From Pseudomonadota bacterium (GTDB lineage: Bacteria > Pseudomonadota > Gammaproteobacteria > UBA4575), in the NCBI GenBank assembly GCA_009839635.1, contig VXPJ01000063.1:1-35596 (forward strand): a stretch of 35,596 nucleotides of DNA, written 5' to 3'. The notes beneath the pieces were generated by a model. The model did not search any database. It was not told the DNA's origin and saw only the letters and a list, made by a program, of their open reading frames with translations. The first letter of the stretch is position 1. Each line of letters begins with the position of its first letter. The position numbers and the translations under genes were made by a program. Below, one piece after another: positions 19,996 through 29,604 of the stretch.

Positions 19996-20000
19996 CCTGC

Positions 20001-21099
20001 CTAAACCCCGCTTTTGAGGCTTGCCTCGATAAAAGTGTCAAGATTGCCGTCGAGCACAGCTTGTGTATTTCCAGTTTCAACAGAGGTGCGCAGGTCCTTG
20101 ATACGTGACTGATCAAGCACGTATGAACGGATCTGGCTGCCCCACCCGATATCTGCTTTGCTTTCTTCCAGGGCCTGCTTTTCACTGTCACGTTTCTTGA
20201 CTTCCATTTCGTACAGCTTGGCCCTGAGCTGTTTCATGGCAGTTTCCTTGTTTCTGTGCTTGGAGCGGTCATTCTGACATTGTGTCACAACCCCGGTTGG
20301 CAGGTGTGTGATGCGCACGGCAGACTCGGTCTTGTTTACGTGTTGGCCGCCTGCGCCACTTGCACGGTACACGTCGATGCGCAAATCGGCGGGATTGATT
20401 TCGATATCAATATCGTCATTCACCTCAGGGGATACAAATACTGCCGCAAAGGAGGTGTGCCTGCGGTTACCAGAATCAAACGGTGATTTGCGCACCAGCC
20501 GATGCACACCGGTCTCCGTACGAAGCCACCCGAATGCATACTCGCCCTCGAACCTGACCGTCGCACTCTTGATACCGGCCACCTCACCGGGAGAAACCTC
20601 GATCAACTCGGTTGTAAAATCCTTTTGCTCGCCCCATCGAAGGTACATTCGCAATAGCATCTCTGCCCAGTCCTGGGCTTCCGTACCTCCTGAGCCGGAC
20701 TGTATGTCCAGAAAAGCATTGCTGGCATCCATCTCACCCGAGAACATCCGGTTGAACTCGAGCTTGGCGACCCTTGACTCCAGTTCCGACAGGTCTTCTT
20801 CCACAGCCTGTATGGTTTCCGGGTCTTCCTCCTCTATGGCCAGCTCAAGCAAACTGCCTGCATCCGCAAGCCCCTCTTCGACATGTTCGATCGTCTGTAC
20901 GATTGCTTCAAGCTCCGTGCGCTGCTTGCCTAGCTTTTGCACAACATCAGGCTGATTCCAGATCTCTGGGCTCTCTAGCTCCTTGTTGAGCTCATGCAAG
21001 AGTTCGCACTTGTCATCGTAGTCAAAGATACCCCCTTAGATTCATGGTGCGCGCATGCAGGTCATCGATCAGATTTTGTAGTGCATTGGTTTCCATCAT
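20001..21099 (-). CDS. prfB: Peptide chain release factor 2, translated via a programmed +1 frameshift (25 + 340 = 365 aa)
   Basis: First frame from ATG 21099 is [25 protein letters not shown]-stop; the +1 frame continues [17 protein letters not shown] into the 20001..20999 ORF, which has the SPF and GGQ motifs. Directly upstream of lysS. Confidence 0.97.
21021..21036 (-). promoter_or_regulatory. prfB +1 frameshift cassette (internal Shine-Dalgarno plus slippery CTT-TGA-C)
   Basis: Minus strand reads AGGGGG-TAT-CTT-TGA-C, the canonical RF2 autoregulatory site. Confidence 0.97.
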
Positions 21100-21313
21100 G
21101 TTTTCCGGGCGGGTTCAGGCCACGATATGATAGCGTATAAAGGGTACCAGCAATAGGCGTTGACACGCGCCAGATTCGACAGGCCGGAACCCTGTCCGAA
21201 GACCGTTGCTGCAGGATTCGATACTTGCTGTAGCTCATTCAGGCCCATGGTCACAGGTGATATATACTTTGACCTCGGCAATTTGTACGGATCACCCTAT
21301 CTGCATCACGGGC

Positions 21314-22738
21314 ATGAGCGAACACATCCTATTTCTGACTGGCAAACTTGCGGAAAAAAGTTTGCGCCGCGTCCTGGAGTCCATGCAACCGACGGATTTC
21401 ACCTACGAAGTGCGCCAGCTTGGGGTCAGTGTAGCTGCATTGATGACTACCAAGCTGATCGGAAAGCGCCTTGGCGACACGGGCCAGGCAAACCGGATTA
21501 TCATCCCTGGTCGCTGCCGTGGTGACATCGAAGCTCTTTCCGACTCCCTGAAGACCACAGTGGAACGTGGTCCCACAGAACTCAAGGACCTGCCCGCATA
21601 CCTGGGTCAGTCCGTGAAAAAAACAGACCTTCGTGCCTATAGCGTGCAAATTTTTGCGGAAATTGTCGATGCCCCGAACATGCCGGTCGGGGAGATTGTC
21701 AGGCGGGCGCAAACCTATCAGCAGGATGGTGCCAACGTCATCGACGTCGGCTGCTTGCCCGGGGTGTCCTTCCCACACCTTGCAGAATCCGTACAGGCGC
21801 TCAAAGCTGAGGGTTTCAAGGTCAGCATCGACTCGCTGGAACCCCGCGACCTGATTGCCGGAGCCAACGCCGGAGCCGATTACCTCCTGAGCCTGAGTGA
21901 AAAGAGCCTGTGGGTTGCAGAAGAAGTGGACGCAATACCGATCGTGATTGGCAGCCCGCCGAACAACGCCAGATCGCTGTACCGGTCCATGCGCACCTTG
22001 TTAAAGCATGGCAAGCTGTTCATTGCCGATTCGATCCTCGATCCGATTCATTTCGGTTTTACGGAATCTATCGTCCGTTATCGCAATTTGCGCAAGCTTT
22101 TTCCGAATGCCGAGATCATCATGGGCACTGGAAATTTGACAGAACTCACGCATGCAGACTCGGCAGGCACCAGCGCCCTTCTGGCCGGCATCATGTCAGA
22201 ACTGGACATCCAGCACTTGCTGGTCACGGAGGTCAGCGACCACTGTCGGCACGCGGTACGCGAAGCAGACCTTGCACGGCGCATCATGCATGCCGCAAAA
22301 ATTGACAACGTTCCCCCCAAGGGCTATGACAGCGGCCTGATGGGCCTGCATGAATGCGAGCCCTTCCCCTATACTGCCGAGGAAATCGAGGAATTAGCCG
22401 CGCAGGTCAAGGACCCGAACTACCGCATACAACTCAGCAGTAAAGGCATTCACACCTACAACCGCAACGGCATGCAAACCACCACGGACCCGTACGAAGT
22501 TTACCCGCACCTAGATATAGAAAACGACAGTGGCCACGCCTTCTACCTGGGCGTCGAACATGCACGCGCCCAGATCGCATGGCAGCTTGGCAAAAGGTAC
22601 GAGCAGGATGAAGAGTTGAACTGGGGAGTGGCTACCCGCAAGGAGGCGGAAGATCTCAGCCGATACAAGGCGGCGGGTTCAACCATGCACACCCGAAAGG
22701 CCCGCAAAGCCAGACGCAAAGACAGAGGGAAAAACTAG
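21314..22738 (+). CDS. orf20: Dihydropteroate-synthase-like methanopterin biosynthesis protein (Orf20 of H4MPT clusters)
   Basis: HILFLTGKLAE, VAALMT, PGRCRGD, ERGPTELKDLP, IFAEIVDAP, DPIHFGF, MGTGNLTELTHADS, HAFYLGVE. Start placed at ATG 21314 (MSEHIL) rather than TTG 21206. Confidence 0.85.
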   Translation: MSEHILFLTGKLAEKSLRRVLESMQPTDFTYEVRQLGVSVAALMTTKLIGKRLGDTGQANRIIIPGRCRGDIEALSDSLKTTVERGPTELKDLPAYLGQSVKKTDLRAYSVQIFAEIVDAPNMPVGEIVRRAQTYQQDGANVIDVGCLPGVSFPHLAESVQALKAEGFKVSIDSLEPRDLIAGANAGADYLLSLSEKSLWVAEEVDAIPIVIGSPPNNARSLYRSMRTLLKHGKLFIADSILDPIHFGFTESIVRYRNLRKLFPNAEIIMGTGNLTELTHADSAGTSALLAGIMSELDIQHLLVTEVSDHCRHAVREADLARRIMHAAKIDNVPPKGYDSGLMGLHECEPFPYTAEEIEELAAQVKDPNYRIQLSSKGIHTYNRNGMQTTTDPYEVYPHLDIENDSGHAFYLGVEHARAQIAWQLGKRYEQDEELNWGVATRKEAEDLSRYKAAGSTMHTRKARKARRKDRGKN

Positions 22739-22740
22739 CA

Positions 22741-23319
22741 ATGCCATTTATCAGGGAATGCATCGTTACCACACTCAGGGAAAACGACGATGTACATATC
22801 GCCCCCATGGGGATTCACGAAGACGGAAAACGCCTGATCATCCTGCCATTCAAGCCGTCCACCACGCTGGACAACCTGGAGAGACAGGGAACTGCAACGC
22901 TGAACTACACAGACGATGTGCGCATCTACGCCGGCTGTCTGACCGGTCGCAGCGACTGGCCGACCTGCAGCACAGAAATCATCCAGGGGGTACGCCTTGA
23001 AGATTGTCTGGCCCACACAGAACTGGAAGTGACGGGCAAGGTGGATGACCCGGTGCGGCCAAGATATTCCTGCAAGACCGTGCACGAGGCGATTCATGCA
23101 CCTTTTCATGGCTATAATCGTGCACAGTCAGCAGTGATTGAGCTTGCTATCCTGGTCAGTCGATTGCACATGCTGCCCCAGGCAAGGGTCCACCAGGAAA
23201 TCGAGTACCTGAGAACATCCGTGGACAAGACTGCAGGTCCTCGAGAGCAGGAGGCCTGGGACTGGCTGATGACGAAAGTGGACAGTTTTCAGACATCAAA
23301 GAAGGAGAGCCGGCGATGA
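22741..23319 (+). CDS. orf19: DUF447 family protein (Orf19 of H4MPT clusters)
   Basis: IRECIVTT, HIAPMG, PFKPSTTLDNL, GYNRAQSAVIELAILVSRL, KTAGPREQEAW; canonical position between orf20 and orf22. Confidence 0.8.
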   Translation: MPFIRECIVTTLRENDDVHIAPMGIHEDGKRLIILPFKPSTTLDNLERQGTATLNYTDDVRIYAGCLTGRSDWPTCSTEIIQGVRLEDCLAHTELEVTGKVDDPVRPRYSCKTVHEAIHAPFHGYNRAQSAVIELAILVSRLHMLPQARVHQEIEYLRTSVDKTAGPREQEAWDWLMTKVDSFQTSKKESRR

Positions 23320-24032
23320 CCGGGATGCTTGCAAGCGTTCGGAACATGGAAGAGGCAGATCTGGCATGCCGGGGAGGTGCCGATATCGTCGACCTGAAGG
23401 AACCGCGTCATGGTGCCCTGGGGGCCGTTCCCTTGGATACCATACACCGCATCGTTGACGAATTATGGGAAAAATGTCTGATCAGTGCCACCATCGGCGA
23501 CATGCCTGCCAACCCTTTCTCGATCAAGGAACAGGTCATGAAAACTGCAGAAGCCGGGGTCGATTACGTAAAGGTTGGCCTGTTCAGTCAACGCCATGTT
23601 GAAGATTGTCTGCCCACTCTGGCATCCTGTTCCCGCAAGGGCATCGCGATCATTGCAGTCCTGTTTGCGGATACAGAATTCGACACCGATTATGTCATCC
23701 GCAGCGTAAGGCATGCCGGGCTGAAAGGCGTCATGCTGGACACTGCAGGTAAAGGTTCGGGCAGCCTGCTCCAGCACCGGAACATTTTCCAGCTTGAATA
23801 TTTCGTCAATCGTGCACGCAAGTCCGGTCTACTTACGGGGCTGGCAGGCTCTTTGACAATAGAACATATCTCGACACTGATACGAGTTGCTCCCAACTAC
23901 ATCGGGTTTCGCACCGCGCTTTGTTCGGACAAAGAGAGGGTCGGCTGCGTGGACAGGGAGGCCTTGCGGGAAGTCAGAAGAGCGATTCCAGTGACTCCGG
24001 AACTCCCTTATAGGCGAATCAGTTCCTCATGA
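23316..24032 (+). CDS. orf22: (5-formylfuran-3-yl)methyl phosphate synthase, MfnB homolog (DUF556; Orf22)
   Basis: MLASV, GADIVDLKEP..GALGA, SATIGD, GVDYVKVG, GVMLDTAGK, GLAGSL, IGFRTALC; ATGA overlap with orf19. Confidence 0.88.
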   Translation: MTGMLASVRNMEEADLACRGGADIVDLKEPRHGALGAVPLDTIHRIVDELWEKCLISATIGDMPANPFSIKEQVMKTAEAGVDYVKVGLFSQRHVEDCLPTLASCSRKGIAIIAVLFADTEFDTDYVIRSVRHAGLKGVMLDTAGKGSGSLLQHRNIFQLEYFVNRARKSGLLTGLAGSLTIEHISTLIRVAPNYIGFRTALCSDKERVGCVDREALREVRRAIPVTPELPYRRISSS

Positions 24033-26527
24033 GAGTCCGCGGGGGCTGTGGTCTCAAGCAACAGAGGGATCACGCTGAAGGTTGCGAACAGGGAGATCAG
24101 CATGGCAATGCTGGTCAGCATGCCGAAATAGATCGAAGGGAAAAAGCTGGACAGTACCAGTACAACGAACCCCAGTGAGATGGTGATCGAGGTGAAGTAA
24201 AGTGCCTTGCCAGCCGTAGTCTGTGCGGTACGGATGGCATCGAGGTTGCTGCTTTTGCGCGCACGTTCCCTCTTGTAGCGATGAATGTAGTGAATGGCAT
24301 AGTCAACACCAACCCCAACGGTGATGGCTGCAGTAGTGATCGTCATGATATCGAGGGGAATCCCTGACATGCCAATCAGTCCCAAGACGAAAAGTACAGT
24401 GAACATGTTCGGTAGTGCACCGATCAGGGCCAGCTTCAAGCTGCGAAACAGGAATGCAAGCACGATCAGAATACAGGCAAACACCGTGCCCAGAGTCAGG
24501 ATTTGCGAGCGAAACAGACTTTGCAAGACATTGTTGTACAGCACGCTGATCCCGGTTAGCCTGAAATCCTCGTTGTCCTTGACAAAATTACCGGCAATGT
24601 CGACGCGTATCTTGTTCAGCAGGTCGTTCCTGATCAGGGAAGGGTCCGAGTCCCTGATACGTGCAAGAATCCTGGCCTGGCTCCCATCCGTTGAAACGTA
24701 GGGAGCGATCATGGCCTGTTTCACGTTTTCCGGCACTTTCGAATAAACCATAGACAGGTGGAAGTCCTCGAGTTCTTCCCCATCGTTTACCAGCCGCATC
24801 ACCTCTTCGATACTGGAAAGAGACAATACCTTACCCATCTCTGGTAACCCCTCGAGATACTTGTGAATTTTATCGATCTTTCTGATCCCGATCCTGTTGT
24901 ACCAGTAGCTTGTAGCGGTAAAATCATCTTGCGTGTCTTCAAGCCCTGCAAGATAGTCATCAAACTCAGCGAATTCGTCGTCCTCCTCGCCCATGTCGAT
25001 CTCCGGTGCGGTTTCCCGTGTGCCATCCAGGATCACCTCCAGCAGGGAAATACCGCCCAACTCCTGATCGATCACAGCCAGCCCCTGGTAGATGTCCGTG
25101 GATTTCTTGAAGTAATCGATAAACCGGTTTTCCACCGTGAGCTGACCAATCCCCGCCAAGCTAAACAGGAACATCCCGGTCAGCACGGCAGCTGCGATTA
25201 TCTTGTTTCCAAGAACCAGATTGAGCACCCGCTTAAGTAATACAGAGGAGGTGTCCTTCTGCAGTTGCCTGGGTCTGGGCTCGAACAGTGTTATCAGTGC
25301 AGGCAACACCGTGAAGGTGAGCAAAAACGCGCAGAAAAGGCCCAGGATCATGATGTGACCGAAAGTGATGATCGGCCGTATGTCGCTGACCGTCAGCGAG
25401 AAAAAGGCAATCACGGTAGTCAGGACCATGTACAGGCAAGGGGTAATGATTTGCGAAGCTGCCGTCCTGGTGTTTTCCTTGGTGCCTGCATCCGGATTGA
25501 GGGACTGGATTTCCTGGTAGCGAATGATCACGTGTATCGATAAAGCGATCGAGAAGATGAGCAGCAAGGCCACAAAATTCGATGAGATCACGGTCAACTG
25601 ATAATCCATCAACCCGATCAACCCGGAAACAAGCAGAACACTCAACACGGCGCACACCAGTGCCAGGAACACCCAGGCCAAACTCCTGAAAAAGATGAAC
25701 AGCACAATCACCATGATTACGGCAATGGCTGCACCAAAGGTTGTCAGATCCTTGCGAACAAAATCCTTCATGTCATTGTTCACCAGAGGGGCGCCTGCCA
25801 GAAAAAACTGGCCGGTATCCTTGAGCTCCAAAAGCTCGGCACGCATGGAAGTGAGAATCTGCCTGTAGTGTTCGTTGCTGAGCTTCCTTTGCTGGCGGAT
25901 CTCGGCACGGATTGAATCCAGCTTGTCTTTTTCCGCCTCGGCAATTGACCCATCGTCCTGCTTTTGCAAAAGCGCGTACCTCTGCTCCTGCAAGTCCCAC
26001 AGCGCCTCGTTTTTGTAAAAACCCACATGGATGGCGGTCAGACCCAGGTTCTGGTTCACCAGATTGTCCAGGTAGATGGAACTCGTAGTGAATTCCTCCC
26101 TTGCCTTGTCGATATCCACCTGGGGCGACAGCAGGTTGGGATACTCTATGTTGCCGGTCTTTTCATCCTTGAGCGGCTGCATGAGCAGCGGCACATTGGT
26201 GATCGAGGTTACCGCTTCGACACGTTCAAGATTTTCGAACTTCTGCACAAGCCCATCGATCAACAGGATCGTCTCCTGGCTCAACATTTCGGCATGAGGC
26301 TTGTAGCCGACAATCAGAAATTCATCCGTACCGTAATGACGGTGCACCTCCCGGTAGTATTTGAGATCCGGGTCGCTTTCCAGCATCAGCGAGTCCGCAG
26401 AGGAATCAATGTCCAGTTTTTTGATATACGGACTTGTTACTGCTACCAGTGCAAGTACGCAAAGAATCACGGGGTAGGGATAGTTCGTGACGATGCGAAA
26501 GAAAGCGCTTACCGAGGACTGTAGCAT
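24008..26527 (-). CDS. MMPL/RND-superfamily predicted exporter
   Basis: 839 aa; two repeats of one TM, a large periplasmic loop and ~5 TMs; DSSADSL, TTVIAFFSL, ENRFIDYFK, GVGVDYAIHYIHRY, F-x-PSIYFG. Overlaps the orf22 3' end by 25 nt (convergent). Confidence 0.88.
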   Translation of the reverse strand: MLQSSVSAFFRIVTNYPYPVILCVLALVAVTSPYIKKLDIDSSADSLMLESDPDLKYYREVHRHYGTDEFLIVGYKPHAEMLSQETILLIDGLVQKFENLERVEAVTSITNVPLLMQPLKDEKTGNIEYPNLLSPQVDIDKAREEFTTSSIYLDNLVNQNLGLTAIHVGFYKNEALWDLQEQRYALLQKQDDGSIAEAEKDKLDSIRAEIRQQRKLSNEHYRQILTSMRAELLELKDTGQFFLAGAPLVNNDMKDFVRKDLTTFGAAIAVIMVIVLFIFFRSLAWVFLALVCAVLSVLLVSGLIGLMDYQLTVISSNFVALLLIFSIALSIHVIIRYQEIQSLNPDAGTKENTRTAASQIITPCLYMVLTTVIAFFSLTVSDIRPIITFGHIMILGLFCAFLLTFTVLPALITLFEPRPRQLQKDTSSVLLKRVLNLVLGNKIIAAAVLTGMFLFSLAGIGQLTVENRFIDYFKKSTDIYQGLAVIDQELGGISLLEVILDGTRETAPEIDMGEEDDEFAEFDDYLAGLEDTQDDFTATSYWYNRIGIRKIDKIHKYLEGLPEMGKVLSLSSIEEVMRLVNDGEELEDFHLSMVYSKVPENVKQAMIAPYVSTDGSQARILARIRDSDPSLIRNDLLNKIRVDIAGNFVKDNEDFRLTGISVLYNNVLQSLFRSQILTLGTVFACILIVLAFLFRSLKLALIGALPNMFTVLFVLGLIGMSGIPLDIMTITTAAITVGVGVDYAIHYIHRYKRERARKSSNLDAIRTAQTTAGKALYFTSITISLGFVVLVLSSFFPSIYFGMLTSIAMLISLFATFSVIPLLLETTAPADSHEELIRL

Positions 26528-26589
26528 CAGCTCATTTCATCCATTAGTATTTTTGTACACGGGTACGCAAACCGGTGCAAAATCCCGGA

Positions 26590-27183
26590 TCAGGGAGTAT
26601 CCATACCCAGCAGTCCCTCAAACTCACGCGCCTTGGATTTGTGCAGGAAATGGACAGCTATTTTAGTATCAGCAAGCAGCTCTGGCAAAACCGGATCTAC
26701 ACAGCCGTGTTTTTGCAATTGATCCACCGGCATCTCTGAAAGCGTCAGGGGAGAGGATTTTACAAACAGCAGTTGCGTCACGGACAAATACCCGGCCAGC
26801 CAAGCTGCAAGGCTGTCCGAGGTGACATCCCAGGTCTTCGGCAGCTCACACTGCTGGCTGACCAGAGGATGAGGCTCCCATATCGCGGTCTTGCCATCAT
26901 CCCAGCAGGCCTGGATCTGTTTCCTGTCCCTTGCAAGACAAAGTTCCCGGCAAAGGGATGCCATCAGGTATCCGAACTGCTGCATGGCAAGTACCGCCAT
27001 GTGATGGGCATGCTCAAGTTCGAGCTTGAACCGCTGGTCGGTATTGCGGACCAGGTCCGCAAAAGGACCCCCGCCTGGCACAATCACCAGCTGATGGGAA
27101 CCCAAAGCCTGCAATGTATCCAGCCATTCCTCCAGATGTTTGCTTCCGTACAGGCTGCCCCCTATTTTAATGACCCAGGGCAT
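26590..27183 (-). CDS. orf21: Amino-acid-kinase-family protein, MfnE-like (Orf21)
   Basis: VIKIGGSL, IVPGGGPFADLVR, AHHMAVLAMQQ, WDVTSDSLAAWLA. Confidence 0.85.
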   Translation of the reverse strand: MPWVIKIGGSLYGSKHLEEWLDTLQALGSHQLVIVPGGGPFADLVRNTDQRFKLELEHAHHMAVLAMQQFGYLMASLCRELCLARDRKQIQACWDDGKTAIWEPHPLVSQQCELPKTWDVTSDSLAAWLAGYLSVTQLLFVKSSPLTLSEMPVDQLQKHGCVDPVLPELLADTKIAVHFLHKSKAREFEGLLGMDTP

Positions 27184-28558
27184 CGGCTCTGTTTCCCTCC
27201 AGTAGATGCATCATGGCCGTAGCCTTGTCCAGGGTCTCCTGGTACTCCGCATCAGCGCTGGAATCCTGGACAATCCCGCCACCTGCGAAAAAATACATTT
27301 GCTGTTGCCTGTGCAGAATCGTACGGATTGCAATATTCATGTCCATGTTGCCGTCATAGCCCATGTACCCGATTGAGCCGCAGTATACCCCCCGACGATG
27401 AGGTTCCAGTTCTTCTATGATTTGCATCGAACGGATTTTGGGGGCACCCGTAATGGAACCTCCCGGGAAACAACCGCGCAACAGATCAAGTGCGGATCGC
27501 CGATCCGGCAGTTTCCCGGTAATGGTGCTCACCATGTGATGGACGTTTGGAAAACTTTCGACGTCAAAAAGGGCGGGCACCTGTACGGAACCGAGCGCAC
27601 AATTTTTGCTGATGTCGTTGCGCATCAGGTCGACAATCATCAGGTTCTCTGCTCGATCCTTGAGGCTGTCGGCAAGCTCCTGTGCCAGCACACGATCCCT
27701 GAGCGGGTCAGAGGAGCGCGGGCGCGTGCCCTTGATGGGTCTTGTCTTGACATTTTTCCCTCTTACAGACAAAAACTGTTCCGGTGAATTGCTCAGCACC
27801 TGAAGCTCCGGGTAGTTCATGTAGGCACTGAACGGAGACGGATTGATTTTTCTTAGGATGCGGTAGGCTGACCATGGGCTGCCCTCTACCCCTGCGACAA
27901 ACCGCTGTGCCAGATTCACCTGGTAGCAGTCTCCCTGCAAGATGTACTCTTTCACCTTGCCGAATGCCCGCCTGTAGTACTCCCGTGTCATGTTGGAAGC
28001 CACTGGGGTGTTTGCTCTGAACTCCGGATACTTTTTGCCATCATCAGGGCTTGCAAAAAGCTTGATGAGTTCGTCCCAGTCCCGGTTGACCCTTGTACGA
28101 GAACGATCTCCAACCAGTACAGATCTCCTTTTCTTGTGATCGACAACCACTGCCCAGGCATATATCCCCATGACCATATCCGGCACACTGGCATCGTCCG
28201 CCGCAATTGCAGGGATCTTTTCCATGTAGCGACACAGGTCATAGCTGAAAAAACCGATTGCCCCTCCCGTAAAGGGCAGGTCCGGTATGCTTTCCCAAGG
28301 TTTTGAAAGCAGTTCGCCCAGCACGGTAAAGGGGCTTTCAAGGACCGTGTAGGACTGGGAGTACGTCTGTATTTTTGTCTTTTGATTTTGTGTGGTGATG
28401 CACATCTCAGGCCTTGATGCCAGTATGTCGTAACGCCCGTATGTGCCTGAGGCCGTGCTGCTGTCCATGAAAACAGACCAGGGCTCGTCTGCAATCCTGT
28501 CGAAAAGCGACGCACTGTCTCCAAGGTATGGAAGATCAGCAAATGAAAGTCCGGTCAC
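27167..28558 (-). CDS. pabB: Aminodeoxychorismate synthase component I
   Basis: GRYDI, PFTGGAIG, GDCYQVNLAQR, SPEQFL, TRPIKGTRPR, KDRAENLMIVDLMRND, FPGGSITGAPK, IAIRT, GGGIV. Start placed at GTG 28558 (GTGA overlap with the orf9 stop). Confidence 0.93.
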   Translation of the reverse strand: MTGLSFADLPYLGDSASLFDRIADEPWSVFMDSSTASGTYGRYDILASRPEMCITTQNQKTKIQTYSQSYTVLESPFTVLGELLSKPWESIPDLPFTGGAIGFFSYDLCRYMEKIPAIAADDASVPDMVMGIYAWAVVVDHKKRRSVLVGDRSRTRVNRDWDELIKLFASPDDGKKYPEFRANTPVASNMTREYYRRAFGKVKEYILQGDCYQVNLAQRFVAGVEGSPWSAYRILRKINPSPFSAYMNYPELQVLSNSPEQFLSVRGKNVKTRPIKGTRPRSSDPLRDRVLAQELADSLKDRAENLMIVDLMRNDISKNCALGSVQVPALFDVESFPNVHHMVSTITGKLPDRRSALDLLRGCFPGGSITGAPKIRSMQIIEELEPHRRGVYCGSIGYMGYDGNMDMNIAIRTILHRQQQMYFFAGGGIVQDSSADAEYQETLDKATAMMHLLEGNRADALGH

Positions 28559-29604
28559 AGGCAGTACCTCTGGTAACCAAGACAGGCAATCGAGGCTGCC
28601 GGCACACAATCCCCGGCATTCAGCCCGTCCTTTGCGCCTTCATGTTCAAACAGGTCTGCGACATCCACGTAATGTCGGTTCAGGCGCCTGGATATTTCGC
28701 GGACAAGAAATCGCCCTGCTCCGGCTCCAGCCACTGGACTATCCAGCCCCAGCCCGGTCCTCAGTATCTGTTTGCGGCAGGCATCGAGGATGACCTGAAT
28801 CTGCTGTTCACGCACGTAGGCGGCCACCGCCCTCCACATCTCAAGTTGTTCCGTTGCTGCATCATTGCCAAACATTCTCGCCAGCCGGATTGCACTCGAA
28901 GCCTGGTCCTTGCCTCGCCCATCCGGTGTGCTGCCTGTATCCGCATAGGAAGGTAGCTCTCCGGTAAGCCTGTAGACATCCGCAGAGTTTGCAAAATATT
29001 CATTCATGGGCGGAACCAGGCGTCCTCCCACCTGGGCCGTACTGCAAAGCGCAAATACCGGTGTTCTTACTACCCCGCAATACACAAGTTCACGCGCGTG
29101 AAGTCTTTCCGAATCCGTGTAACCCTCATTCACTACGCGGTGGTCCCGGATGCTGAGGACATCCGTGGTCGTGCTGCCAATGTCAATAACCAGCGCATCC
29201 TTCAGCCGTGTAGCGATGAAATTTCCACTGGCCAGCCAGTTTGCAGAAGCTACCTGTGCTGACAGGCTGCCAAGCTCGCTCATATGCGCAAACCCTTTCG
29301 GCCCGGCAAAATAGACGATTTCGTTTTCCTTGAACCTTTGCCCGATAGTCTCGACAATCCTGTCTATACCTTCCTTGCGACTGCCGAAATGATCGACCAG
29401 TTCTCCGGTCATCGTGACGGCAAGCATGGAACGCGAGAAATCGAGTTGTTTCTGGACCTGATCAATCGAGGCATGCAACTGGTCCAGCCCCTTCCACAAT
29501 TCACATGGTACCTGAACTACCCGGGACACCCGCGCGGCCCCGGTAGCCTCGACCACCTTGAGATGTGCGCCTCCGACATCCCAGCCTGTCATGCTCTCAG
29601 GCAA
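28555..29604 (-). CDS. orf9: Hydantoinase/oxoprolinase-family (ASKHA) H4MPT-linked protein, MfnF-like (Orf9)
   Basis: GWDVGGAHLK, VTMTGELVD, VASANWLA, IDIGSTTTD, ELVYCGVVRTP, NEYFA. Start is probably TTG 29604 (GAGGG upstream) or ATG 29592. Confidence 0.85.
   Translation of the reverse strand: MPESMTGWDVGGAHLKVVEATGAARVSRVVQVPCELWKGLDQLHASIDQVQKQLDFSRSMLAVTMTGELVDHFGSRKEGIDRIVETIGQRFKENEIVYFAGPKGFAHMSELGSLSAQVASANWLASGNFIATRLKDALVIDIGSTTTDVLSIRDHRVVNEGYTDSERLHARELVYCGVVRTPVFALCSTAQVGGRLVPPMNEYFANSADVYRLTGELPSYADTGSTPDGRGKDQASSAIRLARMFGNDAATEQLEMWRAVAAYVREQQIQVILDACRKQILRTGLGLDSPVAGAGAGRFLVREISRRLNRHYVDVADLFEHEGAKDGLNAGDCVPAASIACLGYQRYCL

Noticed and set aside
21160-21165. Perfect TTGACA upstream of orf20
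   Set aside because: No acceptable -10 hexamer at 16-18 bp spacing.
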